DNA of 64,000 nucleotides from Rubripirellula sp. Its GTDB lineage: Bacteria; Planctomycetota; Planctomycetia; Pirellulales; Pirellulaceae. Location: the NCBI GenBank assembly GCA_965216875.1, contig OZ244207.1:1792001-1856000 (forward strand), in the 5' to 3' direction. This document shows positions 46,693-56,381 of this stretch, piece after piece. Each line of letters starts with the position of its first letter. Position 1 is the stretch's first letter. Position numbers and translations under genes: made by a program. The notes beneath the pieces are model-generated. The model did no database searches. It was not told the origin of the DNA and worked only from the letters and a program-made list of their open reading frames with translations.

Positions 46693-47256
46693 ATGACATC
46701 AAGCGACCGCTTTGGACTGGCTGACCTCATCTCGCTTGTCGCAGCCTTTGCGGTCGCCTTCGCCGTTTGTCTGTTCATGTTTCGGCAATGGAATCGCTTG
46801 GAACCAGAATGGGATGTGGTCAACACGCTTAGCGTTGGTTGGTCCTTTGCGCAATACACGCTCCTCGTCATGACCTTCTACTGCGGAGCGATGATTCTTC
46901 GCCGCCGTCCTTCGCGTTCAGCGATCGTGCAGTCGCGCGGGCAAGCTTGCGCGTTGGCCATCTGTGTCGCTGCGTTGACCGCGATTCCGACCCATTGGAA
47001 TGCAATTTTTCACACCGCGCTTCCGTACTATGTCCTGTTGGTGACGATGCCGCTTTCGCTCGCATCGGATCCGTTGGTTGGAGCCAGTGTTGCAATCTGT
47101 ACATGGTTGACGTTGAAGCTTGCTGACGTGCCGACTGCAAAGCCGACTTGGCTTGACCGACTCGGCAAATCGCTGAGCGTGGTATGGCTCCTTTTTGCCT
47201 GTGTTCAACCGATCCTCGATTTTGAAGTGTTGCGGGCGCTCGGCGTTCAGTGGTGA
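46693..47256 (+). CDS. Multi-TM hypothetical protein
   Basis: MTSSDRFGLADLISLV... Confidence 0.7.
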   Translation: MTSSDRFGLADLISLVAAFAVAFAVCLFMFRQWNRLEPEWDVVNTLSVGWSFAQYTLLVMTFYCGAMILRRRPSRSAIVQSRGQACALAICVAALTAIPTHWNAIFHTALPYYVLLVTMPLSLASDPLVGASVAICTWLTLKLADVPTAKPTWLDRLGKSLSVVWLLFACVQPILDFEVLRALGVQW

Positions 47257-47455
47257 ATCGGTTCGTCGGACTCAATCATTCCAGTCGTGTTGTTCGCTCT
47301 GTTGCACTGTGTCAATTGGCGACCGATCATGCACCCGTAAGTTGAATGCGTTCCAGCAACGGCGTCACTGGCAAGGATTTCGGGGACTTCGAAAATATTC
47401 CGAAGTCAGCAAGAACGATCAAGCGACATAAACTCGAGCTGCGTAAGATCCTCGT

Positions 47456-48310
47456 ATGACCGAGCCAAATTTTGAATCCAATCGTCACCGCATGCTGCGA
47501 GTCCAGTTGTACATCGAGGCGAACCTTGATGGTGATCTGTCACTCGAGCGGTTGTCTGAAGTCGCCCACCTTTCGCAGTATCACTTTCACCGCGTCTTTC
47601 GAGCGACGGTTGGCGAGGGTGTTGCCGAATACGTTCGCAGAGTGCGTTTGGAAGCAGCGGCCATTGCGCTGCGAGCCACTTCCACCTCGGTGACCAACGT
47701 TGCGTTTGATGCTGGCTACGGTTCTCACGAAGCGTTCACGCGAGCGTTTCGGCGTCAGTTCGGAATTTCTCCGTCTGATTTTCGATCCGGGCACCTAGCC
47801 AAACTTGAAACGAAGGAACCTACCATGACCTCCGAAACGAAAGAACGCGAAGTAAGAACAGAAATGCATCCGGCAAGGCAAGTCGCCTTCCTTCGGCATA
47901 CCGGTCCGTACAATGAATGTGGTCCAACCTTCCAGAAAATGATGGGGTGGGCCTTTTCAAAAGGGCTCTTCAACGCGGAAACCAAAATCCTCAGCATTTG
48001 CCACGACGATCCCGAGGTCACACCCGCCGATAAGATTCGACTTGATTGCTGCATTACCGTCGATGACAGTTTCGTCGCCCAAGATGACGTTGAGGTTCAA
48101 ACGCTCGCGGAAGGCGAATACGTTGTTTTGACGCATCGAGGATCGTACAAGGGACTGGCCGACTCTTACTGTTGGCTTTATGGAGAGTGGCTTGCGACGA
48201 GTGGTCGCGAGTTTGCCAACCGCCCACCGTTCGAAATCTATGTGAACAACCCGAACGAGACGCCAGAGGAAGAATTGATCACCGAAATCTGTGTCTTGTT
48301 GCAACCATGA
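47456..48310 (+). CDS. AraC-family regulator with GyrI-like effector domain
   Basis: SQYHFHRVF, GYGSHEAFTRAF, HTGPY, DDPEVT. Confidence 0.93.
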   Translation: MTEPNFESNRHRMLRVQLYIEANLDGDLSLERLSEVAHLSQYHFHRVFRATVGEGVAEYVRRVRLEAAAIALRATSTSVTNVAFDAGYGSHEAFTRAFRRQFGISPSDFRSGHLAKLETKEPTMTSETKEREVRTEMHPARQVAFLRHTGPYNECGPTFQKMMGWAFSKGLFNAETKILSICHDDPEVTPADKIRLDCCITVDDSFVAQDDVEVQTLAEGEYVVLTHRGSYKGLADSYCWLYGEWLATSGREFANRPPFEIYVNNPNETPEEELITEICVLLQP

Positions 48311-48336
48311 ACGTTGAAGGATAAGCGGGTTTTCAC

Positions 48337-49088
48337 ACTGTAGCCCGGAGGGCGAAATATCCTTGCCGGTGGCGTTAGCCACCGGACCTGAGGCCCCACT
48401 TGGTTAAGCCCGGAGGGCGCTACATCAACTTCACGCTTTGCAGAATCTGTCGCCCTCCGGGCTTCGCAGCGAGCGAGCCAGGATACCGGCGGCTGACGCC
48501 GCCGGCAGAGATTTACCGCCCTCCGGGCTAAACGGGCCTTTGAAACTGTAGCCCGGAGGGCGAAATATCCTTGCCGGTGGCGTTAGCCACCGGAGCTGAG
48601 GCCACACTTAGCTAAGCCCGGAGGGCGCTACATCGACTTCATGCTTTGCAGAATCTGTCGCCCTCCGGGCTTCGCAGCGAGCGAGCCAGGATACCGGCGG
48701 CTGACGCCGCCGGCAGAGATTTACCGCCCTCCGGGCTAAGGCATACCGGCGGCTTAAATCTGCCGCCCTCCGGGCTAAGCAGCGTTTTGAAACTGCAGCC
48801 CGGAGGGCGAAATATCCTTGCCGGTGGCGTTAGCCACCGGGCTTGCGGCCACACTTAGTTAAGCCCGGAGGGCGTTACATCAACTTCATGCTTTGCAAAA
48901 TTCTGTCGCCCTCCGGGCTTCGCAGCGAGCGAGCCAGGATACCGGCGGCTGACGCCGCCGGCAGTGATTTACCGCCCTTCGGGCTAAGGCATACCGGCGG
49001 CTTAAATTTGCCGCCCTTCGGGCCAAGCGTGCTTTGAAACTGTAGCCCGCAGGCGAAATATCCTTGCCGGTGGTGTTAGCCACCGGAC
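48337..49088. repeat. BIME-like tandem array of palindromic units (208, 247, 247 bp plus a partial unit)
   Basis: Units start 48337, 48545, 48792, 49039; built from AGCCCGGAGGGCG / CGCCCTCCGGGCT and CCGGTGGCGTTAGCCACCGG. Confidence 0.9.
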
Positions 49089-49120
49089 TTGAGACTCTAT
49101 TCAGCAGATCGACGCACCGA

Positions 49121-52100
49121 TTACTTTTTCACATAGCCCTTGTTCAGTTTGCTTTTCACGAGCTTTTCGTACGCGGCTTCGGCTTTCTCGCGGGTCTCGT
49201 AGGTCTTTGTTGAGGATCGACCCTTCGAATCGACTCTTCCCCAAGTCGTGGTGATTTCGCAATCGACAAGTTGAATCTGCCAAAACTTGCTCGCTTTGTC
49301 GTCGGTCAATTCGTAGCGCTGCGTGCGAGTGGCAGATTTCTTTGCTGACTTCGATTTTGTGCCCTTCGAAGTTTTGAGTGGGGACGGTTTTCGCAGTGCG
49401 AGTTGTTCGAGAATCCTCGGGTCTTGAATCTCACCATCGTTTGCGAGCAGCAACACTTTCGACAAGACTTCTGCGGTTCTTGGGTCATCATCGGCGAACG
49501 GCAAGAAAAGCCGACCGCGGTGTTGAGCGTGGACGGGCAAGATCGACAGGGCGCCACCAGGAATGCGGTGAACGGAGCCACTGCCGAGGTGGATCGAATA
49601 CTCGCTGTGTTGGCCGTCAATCAACGCGTGGGAAGACTTGATTTTGACATTCTTGATTTTCATCAACGCGATGGTTTCGGCAATCAGATTTGCCCGCATT
49701 TCGACGGTCGATGCACTTGCTTCGGGATCGACCTCGCCGCGATGAGCGACACTGACGACAAGGTCAATGTCACGCATCACTTCGCTAAAAAGGATGGGCG
49801 GTATGGAAGAAAGTTTGGTCGGCTTGAATTCATCGCGTTTTCGGAATTGAACGGTCTCCAGAGTGAGGCCTTCCACATCGGCCGCAGTGCCGTAATTCCA
49901 TTGAAAGCCGACTTCGGCATTGAGTGTCTGGTCATGGAAGGTTTTGAAAACTTCGTCTCGCGTGTTCCATCCGCGACTGTTCCAAAGCGCCATCGCTTGC
50001 CGCGGGTTGATTTGTTGGCCCGCAAAACGAGACGATTGCGTTGTCGTGCGTTCCTGTTTGGTGACGACATAAAGTTCGCGAAAGACCTGTTTGAACGGTT
50101 GCACCCGTTCGGCTTGGAAACACTCGCGTTGCCACTTTGCCCACTTCTTGGTGCGAAGCAAGTCGTGGGGATGGGCAATCCGCAAAGACTCGGTTTTCTT
50201 GACCGGCTCGAGGTGCCCAGCAAAGTCGCGCAGGGCCCGACCGCGTTTGTCTGGGTAGCCCAGGATCCCTTCGCCAATCAGCACCAACCGAGATAGCTGG
50301 GGTGCTAGGATCGCGTGATCCATCAGTTGCATGAGTTCGGCGCCCGAAATGGAATCGCCCCGGCACATCGCCTCTTCAAGCGAGCCTTTGATGCGGCTCG
50401 CTTTGGTCCGCAATTCCTTGGCCCGAGCGGCGAGGTCGCGGATGGCTGCGTGTTTCTTCCTCGTTGCGGCCGGAACAGATTTCAGCTTTCGATCGCCACG
50501 CGCGACGGTCAGTTTCGGTGTTGCGGCTTCATCCAGCGAGAGTGTGACGGTGACTCCGTCCTTGGTCATGCTGATGGGGCCTTTGGAGAGATCCTTGACC
50601 GACTCGGCCTCCATCGCCCACTCCAGCCGAAGAGGATCTCGATAGCCTGCCAGCCGTGCGAGGTTTGCCATTCCAACTTCGAGTGCACGGAAGGCTTCTG
50701 GCTTGGTGAGTCCGGAAAGTCCGCGTGCGTATTTCTTGTAGGCTTGCAGGACTTCGTAGCGATCGACGAGATCTTTGCTCCGTCGAGTGCCTTTGGCCAG
50801 TGGAAGCAGTCCGAGGTAGCGGACATGGTCTTTGAGGTTGCGTTTCTTGATGCCGTCAACGAGAACCTTTTTGTCAGTGTTGCCCAGCAGCACATCGGCC
50901 AGGAATTGAGCCTTCTTGGCTTGCGTCGAGTTTGCGGAAAAGCGAGCCGCCGACGCAAGTCCTTGCCAGCGTTTGCTCCCCAGCGTTTCCCAAGTGCGGT
51001 GGAACCAAGCAACATCGACGGCACCTTCGTAGCGATCGCGCTCGGTCAACGGTGTGCGTTCGACGACAAGTCGTTCCCATGCCGAGAGCGGCCGCGGTTT
51101 CTTGAACGGTTCATCCTCGCTTGAGTCATCAAAGTCGTCATCGAATTCGTCGTAGTCATCGTAGCTTTCGTATTCGGGATCATCTTCGAGGCCCTCGGCT
51201 TCCGCAGCGGCCTCGCGAGCCGAATCGTCCCAGTTGCTCATATGTGCGAGGAACCAATAGAGACCTTCGTCAAAGCCATCCCACTTGAGATGAGCTTGCA
51301 CGTACTTGGTCCATTGTGGAGCAAGGAAGGCGAGTTCAAGGAGTCGGGTTTCGTCGCAATAGCCGGCGGCGATCGCTGCATTGACGGCTTTCGAGAACTG
51401 GGCCTCGGTATCGCTTTCACGCGGGTAGGTGTCGGCGATCAATTGGGTCAGCGTCGCAGCGCGATTGTCTCGCGCTTCACTGCGCCATCCACGCAGCACT
51501 TTGAACTTGTGCTTGCCGAGTGCCGCCATGATTTGCATGAGCATGTCGACGCCGTGATAGCTCGAGAAGGCGAGCGCGACGTCCGACGCAACGGTCTTGG
51601 CTTCACCACGTTGAAGTTCAATTTCGAGAACTCGCTGTCTGACTTTGTCGAGCCACTCGCTAAGCCCTTTGGTTTGCTCGGCGATCTCGCGGTACTCTTT
51701 GGGTGCCGACGGATCGGTCAACGTTGCTAATGCGTGGTAATCACCGCCCCAGCGATTGGGGCGCTGTCCGAGCAGGACGTCTGTGAGATCATCGAAAGTG
51801 GCGAGCCGCTTGTTATGCCACTGGGCAATCTCGGTGAGATCGACCCGCATTCGCTTGGCACCAGGCACCGGTTCGTCGCGAAAACGTCTGAGTTGCCAAA
51901 TGCGTTTTTCTTGCGTCTTGGTTGTCTTGATGTTCGTGCGACGAAGAAAACGAGTCAGCGTGGACGACCACAGGCAAAAGATCTCATCATGCCGCCAATC
52001 GTTCTCGTCGTCATCGTAATCATCTTCACTTGCTCCCGGCGCGGGAATCAGTTTTTCGTGCCATTCGGAGGGGACGAGGGCATAACTGTTCTCGACGCCG

Positions 52101-54703
52101 TTCAAAAGGTAATCGACGCAACCCTTGGGGATCTCGTAGAAGAACAGCCATTCGATGATGTCGCTGAGGACACCTTCGTATCGCAATCGGGGAGCTGAAA
52201 CCTCGCCCAAGATGTTTCCGGCAAGCTTCTTGTTGGTTCCCTTGCGCATCCAGAAACGAATTTCTTCGCTTTCGTATCCATACATGTACTCGAGTGCAAC
52301 GGTAGCACGAAGTAGTTCCAGGCCATCCTTGTCTTTGAGCTTCGCCGGACGGCCCTTCTTCCATTTCTCCCAAATCTCGATGAGCGGGAACTTGTCCCGC
52401 TGAGGGCGGAGCGGCTTTTTCAAGTTCAGCGAAGGGAGGGAACTGTAAGCCTCGCCAAGCGGAACGTCTTTAATGCCGTCCCATGAACGGACGGTGACGA
52501 TCTCTTTGCGATGCTTATGAATCAGGTCGTCGAGGTCTTTCAAGCAGGCCAGCGAAGCTTTGGAGATTGCCGTGAACCGTTTCTGTGGCTCAGGCGTGAC
52601 CAAGGGCGAGCGAGCGTCATTGTCGAGGAAACCGAACCCATCATCAGCTGTATAGCGAGTGCGATCGGCGTCTTCGATTGACTTGAGTTGACGTTCTTCT
52701 TCTTTGGAGATGCGTTTGCGTTGGGCACGGTATTGCTCTGCGCGCGAGCGGCAAAACGCGCGGACGTCGTCGGGGCCGAGTTGTGTCGGTTGCGTTTTCT
52801 TCGTCTTCGTCTTCGTCTTCGTTTGCTTCTCTACCTTGATCGATTCTTCGGCAGCGGATTCGGCAAGTTGTCGTAGCATTTCGAGTCCGGCCAAACGTCG
52901 CTTCTTTTTGCCATCTTGCAACAGACGGTCGGCGCTCTCACAAACATGGTGCGATTCGCCTTGGCATAGAAGTTGGATCGCTTTAAGACGAAGGTCAGCG
53001 GACGTTCGACTCAAGTAAGCTTCGATCTGCTTCCTTTCGTCCACCGTTAATGTCGCTTTTACGAGACGGTCAAAGGCTGAATCTCGCACGGACGAAGAAG
53101 CGTGCCCGAAGAGATCGACCAAAGTCGATCGAGTGAGCGGATCCCAAGTCTTTTGCTGTGCCAAGTAGTCGATGACGCTCGAGATTTGCCAGGAATCGAA
53201 GTCCTTGAGGAATGGAATCAGTTTGGTTGGCTTCTGGTCGCCAATTTCCGCAAGCAAACAGGTTGCCACCATGCTTCGTTCGACCTTCCGCTCGGTCCAA
53301 GGCCAGACGATCGGTTTGAGGGTCGTCGATTTGACCGGCAGCCTCGCGTAAAGTCGTTCGAGCCGAGCAAAGGTCGTCGCATCGCTCGATTCGGAATCGT
53401 TCTCGGCGAACAATTGACAAAAGTCATCATGGACGGAGATGCCCGTGTTTTGGACCGCTGCGAGCATTGCGACTTGCAGGTTCTCGTCGTCGATTGCAAC
53501 CGAGCGTGCTTTCAGGCCTGTGTCGAGGCCAATCACCGTGAGTACCCAGGTGGCGACAAAGCGAATATCGTCAGAAGAGTGGTTGAGTAGCTTCGCCGCG
53601 ACAGGCACGGTGGCTGGGGCGTCTTCATAGGCCATCGCCCAAAGAGCGCGATAAACGGTTTCGGCATTGTCGCTAGCGAGCGCCTTCTTTCTGGCGGCTT
53701 GTGACTCGAGCAGGGCAAGGATCGATTCGACATTCTCGACCATTGTCTTGGTGCTCGCGGAATCCCAGAGCAATCCGAACCAAGTGTTGACGGCGCGGCA
53801 GACGCTGCTGAAACGCACAAGATTGTTTTCGAGTATCAGGCGCAGCAGGCGTCGAAAGGCTTCCGGATGCGACAGCGGTGCGCCTTCAAGGATCGATTGA
53901 CGCAAGCCTTCTTGGCGTTGTGCGGCAAGCAGCGTCTTTTCGATAAGCTCCCAGCCTTCCTTGCGGGAGGAGCCGAGCAGCCCTCCGATCACATGCGCAC
54001 CCATGATGCCAATTTCATGCTCACGGGTCGCCGATTGACGCAGGATTTCAAAAAGCTCGTCGCTCTGTTTCGATTTTGTGCTCAACACCGATGCAAACAG
54101 AGGGGCGACGCAATCGGTCGACCATGCAAACGCGTGAGGCGCCCACTGGGCCAACCAAGACAAGGTGACCACGCCCGGGTCAAATTCGGCGATGACCCGC
54201 GCAAAACTCGAAAGCCAGTCGATGCGGGTATCGAACGTGCCGTTTGCGTGCTTGGGGGCACGAAAGGGCCGCTGCGAGTAGCCGACTCGGTAGGGAGACG
54301 ACTTGAGATGTTGCCAGGTGTGTTCGACCTCTTTGGCAAGCTTGGGTGCAAAACATGCGAATATCTTCTTGCGGTTGGCCGCCGAGATGGTGTCCAGCTT
54401 GGCACGCGAGCGGACGAGTTTGGCGTTTTCCTTCTTCCAAAGCTCAGGATGATCCCATTGGTCTGGAATCTCTTTGCCTGAGGCGTCGAGTTCGAAGAGT
54501 GCAAAGATGATGGTGCGGAGCTCCTTGGGGAGCCGCTTGATCTTTGGCATAAAGACTTCCACATCCTCGTCGATGCATGACTCGTTATCGAGATTGTCGT
54601 CGTCTAGAAAAACATCATCGTCAAGTTGTTCGTCGCTGTTGTGTTTTCGCGAAGGGATGCGAAATTGATCAAGCTGTTTTTGCAGGAGCTCGTCGCGTGC
54701 CAT
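49121..54703 (-). CDS. Giant HEAT-like / DUF4132 / C-terminal WGR domain protein
   Basis: LKSVPA...IAHP...QPFKQVFRE (DUF4132); SKFWQI...TWGRV...KLNKGY (WGR). Confidence 0.85.
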   Translation of the reverse strand: MARDELLQKQLDQFRIPSRKHNSDEQLDDDVFLDDDNLDNESCIDEDVEVFMPKIKRLPKELRTIIFALFELDASGKEIPDQWDHPELWKKENAKLVRSRAKLDTISAANRKKIFACFAPKLAKEVEHTWQHLKSSPYRVGYSQRPFRAPKHANGTFDTRIDWLSSFARVIAEFDPGVVTLSWLAQWAPHAFAWSTDCVAPLFASVLSTKSKQSDELFEILRQSATREHEIGIMGAHVIGGLLGSSRKEGWELIEKTLLAAQRQEGLRQSILEGAPLSHPEAFRRLLRLILENNLVRFSSVCRAVNTWFGLLWDSASTKTMVENVESILALLESQAARKKALASDNAETVYRALWAMAYEDAPATVPVAAKLLNHSSDDIRFVATWVLTVIGLDTGLKARSVAIDDENLQVAMLAAVQNTGISVHDDFCQLFAENDSESSDATTFARLERLYARLPVKSTTLKPIVWPWTERKVERSMVATCLLAEIGDQKPTKLIPFLKDFDSWQISSVIDYLAQQKTWDPLTRSTLVDLFGHASSSVRDSAFDRLVKATLTVDERKQIEAYLSRTSADLRLKAIQLLCQGESHHVCESADRLLQDGKKKRRLAGLEMLRQLAESAAEESIKVEKQTKTKTKTKKTQPTQLGPDDVRAFCRSRAEQYRAQRKRISKEEERQLKSIEDADRTRYTADDGFGFLDNDARSPLVTPEPQKRFTAISKASLACLKDLDDLIHKHRKEIVTVRSWDGIKDVPLGEAYSSLPSLNLKKPLRPQRDKFPLIEIWEKWKKGRPAKLKDKDGLELLRATVALEYMYGYESEEIRFWMRKGTNKKLAGNILGEVSAPRLRYEGVLSDIIEWLFFYEIPKGCVDYLLNGVENSYALVPSEWHEKLIPAPGASEDDYDDDENDWRHDEIFCLWSSTLTRFLRRTNIKTTKTQEKRIWQLRRFRDEPVPGAKRMRVDLTEIAQWHNKRLATFDDLTDVLLGQRPNRWGGDYHALATLTDPSAPKEYREIAEQTKGLSEWLDKVRQRVLEIELQRGEAKTVASDVALAFSSYHGVDMLMQIMAALGKHKFKVLRGWRSEARDNRAATLTQLIADTYPRESDTEAQFSKAVNAAIAAGYCDETRLLELAFLAPQWTKYVQAHLKWDGFDEGLYWFLAHMSNWDDSAREAAAEAEGLEDDPEYESYDDYDEFDDDFDDSSEDEPFKKPRPLSAWERLVVERTPLTERDRYEGAVDVAWFHRTWETLGSKRWQGLASAARFSANSTQAKKAQFLADVLLGNTDKKVLVDGIKKRNLKDHVRYLGLLPLAKGTRRSKDLVDRYEVLQAYKKYARGLSGLTKPEAFRALEVGMANLARLAGYRDPLRLEWAMEAESVKDLSKGPISMTKDGVTVTLSLDEAATPKLTVARGDRKLKSVPAATRKKHAAIRDLAARAKELRTKASRIKGSLEEAMCRGDSISGAELMQLMDHAILAPQLSRLVLIGEGILGYPDKRGRALRDFAGHLEPVKKTESLRIAHPHDLLRTKKWAKWQRECFQAERVQPFKQVFRELYVVTKQERTTTQSSRFAGQQINPRQAMALWNSRGWNTRDEVFKTFHDQTLNAEVGFQWNYGTAADVEGLTLETVQFRKRDEFKPTKLSSIPPILFSEVMRDIDLVVSVAHRGEVDPEASASTVEMRANLIAETIALMKIKNVKIKSSHALIDGQHSEYSIHLGSGSVHRIPGGALSILPVHAQHRGRLFLPFADDDPRTAEVLSKVLLLANDGEIQDPRILEQLALRKPSPLKTSKGTKSKSAKKSATRTQRYELTDDKASKFWQIQLVDCEITTTWGRVDSKGRSSTKTYETREKAEAAYEKLVKSKLNKGYVKK

Positions 54704-54732
54704 CAAGGTTCTCCGTCAATTGATGCTTTTCG

Positions 54733-55170
54733 TTATCCACCGGTCAGCATGGTCAGCCGAATGAAGGTGATTTGACTGTCGTCGGTTAAGAAAACTTGTG
54801 AATCCAAATCGGTTTGGCGTTGCTCGTCGATCACGACAAGGTAGATCCCATCCTCAAAAGCTTGCAGCGCTTGGTGTACGGCCTCATCGATGTCGACCTC
54901 TTGCGGGGAGATATCACTGCCGCCCATCGTGATTTTGCCAGTCTCCGCAGCCTGCTCGATTTCGAGGTTGGTCAGTGCGCGGACGAACTGTGCGTCTTGT
55001 TGGCGTTTCTTGAAGGCTTGGACTTGTTCGCGAACAATCCGTTCGATCAAATCTCGGAGCGTCAGCCCTCCGTCACCATCTCCGTCATCTTTGCTTTCCG
55101 GAGGGATCGGAATGGACCAGTCGGCAAACAATTTTTTGCGGCTGCCGAGTGACTTACCAGTGACAATCAT
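54733..55170 (-). CDS. Small acidic hypothetical protein, first gene of the DUF4132 operon
   Basis: TLRDLI...ALQAFEDG...TFIRLTMLTGG, ends in GG. Confidence 0.8.
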   Translation of the reverse strand: MIVTGKSLGSRKKLFADWSIPIPPESKDDGDGDGGLTLRDLIERIVREQVQAFKKRQQDAQFVRALTNLEIEQAAETGKITMGGSDISPQEVDIDEAVHQALQAFEDGIYLVVIDEQRQTDLDSQVFLTDDSQITFIRLTMLTGG

Positions 55171-55244
55171 GAAGCCTGCCAGACGCGATCGTGCCGAAGA
55201 GAGAACGAGTTGAGAAGGTAAAATACCAAACGCCGGCGCGCCGA

Positions 55245-55396
55245 ACCAGCAATTCCGGCAGGCTCAAAAGTCACTGAACCCTTGTCTCATAATAGGTGTC
55301 CGAGACAAACAGGCTCGGTGGCGCCTGTTGGTTGGCGCTCCCTTTTCTGCCAATTGGGAGTTGAATCCGTTTCGTCGACTTCGTAGGAAACAAGCC
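55245..55396 (-). ncRNA. Candidate structured cis-regulatory leader RNA
   Basis: Stem-loop domains at 55334-55396 and 55272-55320, just after a TAGAAT hexamer; folded by hand. Confidence 0.5.
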
Positions 55397-55404
55397 AGTG
55401 TGTG

Positions 55405-55410
55405 ATTCTA
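55405..55410 (-). promoter_or_regulatory. Candidate -10 element for the leader and DUF4132 operon
   Basis: TAGAAT 8 nt before the first stem; no clear -35. Confidence 0.4.
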
Positions 55411-55465
55411 TCCCCGCGCATCTGCATACTGTCCGGCGAAAACCTTACGCGATCACATCAGTCAC

Positions 55466-56326
55466 ATGCCGCAGAAAATTACAGTTCACGCTTATTCCAC
55501 CGCTCTGTTTTCGACGTGGGTCTTCATCGAGGAAATGGGGCTATTGTTCGACTGTGGTGATGGGTTTACCAGCTCGCTGTTGCAAAAATCACGCAAGGTT
55601 CAGCACGCGTTTATTTCGCACGCAGATCGTGATCATGTGACTGGGTTGATTCAATTCAATCAGTTGAACGGCCGCGATGGACTGTCGATCCATTACCCCA
55701 AAGATGCGGGATCGTTTCCGGCAATGGCAGGTTTCACGGAAAAGTTCGATCCCCATGTATCGGGAACAGCTTGGGCTCCGCTGGGCGATGGCGATCGGGT
55801 TGATTTGGGCAACGGACGAAGCGTTCGCACGATGAGGAACCGGCACGTTGCGGTCGAGCCGCCGACCATCAAGAGTCTGTCCTACGTTGTCGAACAACAA
55901 CGTCGGAAGCTCAAGCCGGAGCTCGCCAAGCTCGCAGGCCATCAGATCGCGCAGCTTCGAAAAGAACGCGATGAAGATGAGTTGTTTGATTTGAGCAGAG
56001 AGATCGAATTCATCTACTCGGGTGACACGCCCGTTGAAACGGATGGCCGCTATCAGAATGCGCGAATTCTGTTCCATGAAGCGACATTCATGAAACGTGA
56101 GGACGTGGAGAGCGACAACGTGAAACGCAACGGGCACAGCTCACTTGATGCTGTGATGGAAATGGTTGCCGATGCGAACGTCCAGCAGCTCGTTCTCGGG
56201 CACTTTTCATCACGTTATTCGATCGAGCAAATCGATGACGCGATTGCTCGAGAGAAGGCGCGATGCGGCATCAAGCATCCCGTGTACGTGATCTATCCTG
56301 GCCAAGTCGCAAAATTCGAAATCTAA
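55466..56326 (+). CDS. RNase Z-like MBL-fold hydrolase (TM-type)
   Basis: FDCGDG, HADRDH, KLKPEL...GHQIAQLRK arm, SGDT, HEAT, HFSSRY. Confidence 0.8.
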   Translation: MPQKITVHAYSTALFSTWVFIEEMGLLFDCGDGFTSSLLQKSRKVQHAFISHADRDHVTGLIQFNQLNGRDGLSIHYPKDAGSFPAMAGFTEKFDPHVSGTAWAPLGDGDRVDLGNGRSVRTMRNRHVAVEPPTIKSLSYVVEQQRRKLKPELAKLAGHQIAQLRKERDEDELFDLSREIEFIYSGDTPVETDGRYQNARILFHEATFMKREDVESDNVKRNGHSSLDAVMEMVADANVQQLVLGHFSSRYSIEQIDDAIAREKARCGIKHPVYVIYPGQVAKFEI

Positions 56327-56381
56327 CGCGGCTGGGCTTCAGCCCATGCGCGCGAGTCAAGCGAATTGCACGAAAGTTGTG

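Noticed and set aside
48639..49083. Small ORFs in the tandem repeat
   Set aside because: Translations of palindromic repeat units on both strands
52799..52823. (CTTCGT)n microsatellite as a phase-variation tract
   Set aside because: The unit is 6 bp and in frame (TKTKTK linker), so it cannot frameshift
55334..55396. Canonical tRNA gene
   Set aside because: Only a T-loop-like string; no cloverleaf with D and anticodon arms; kept as a structured leader candidate
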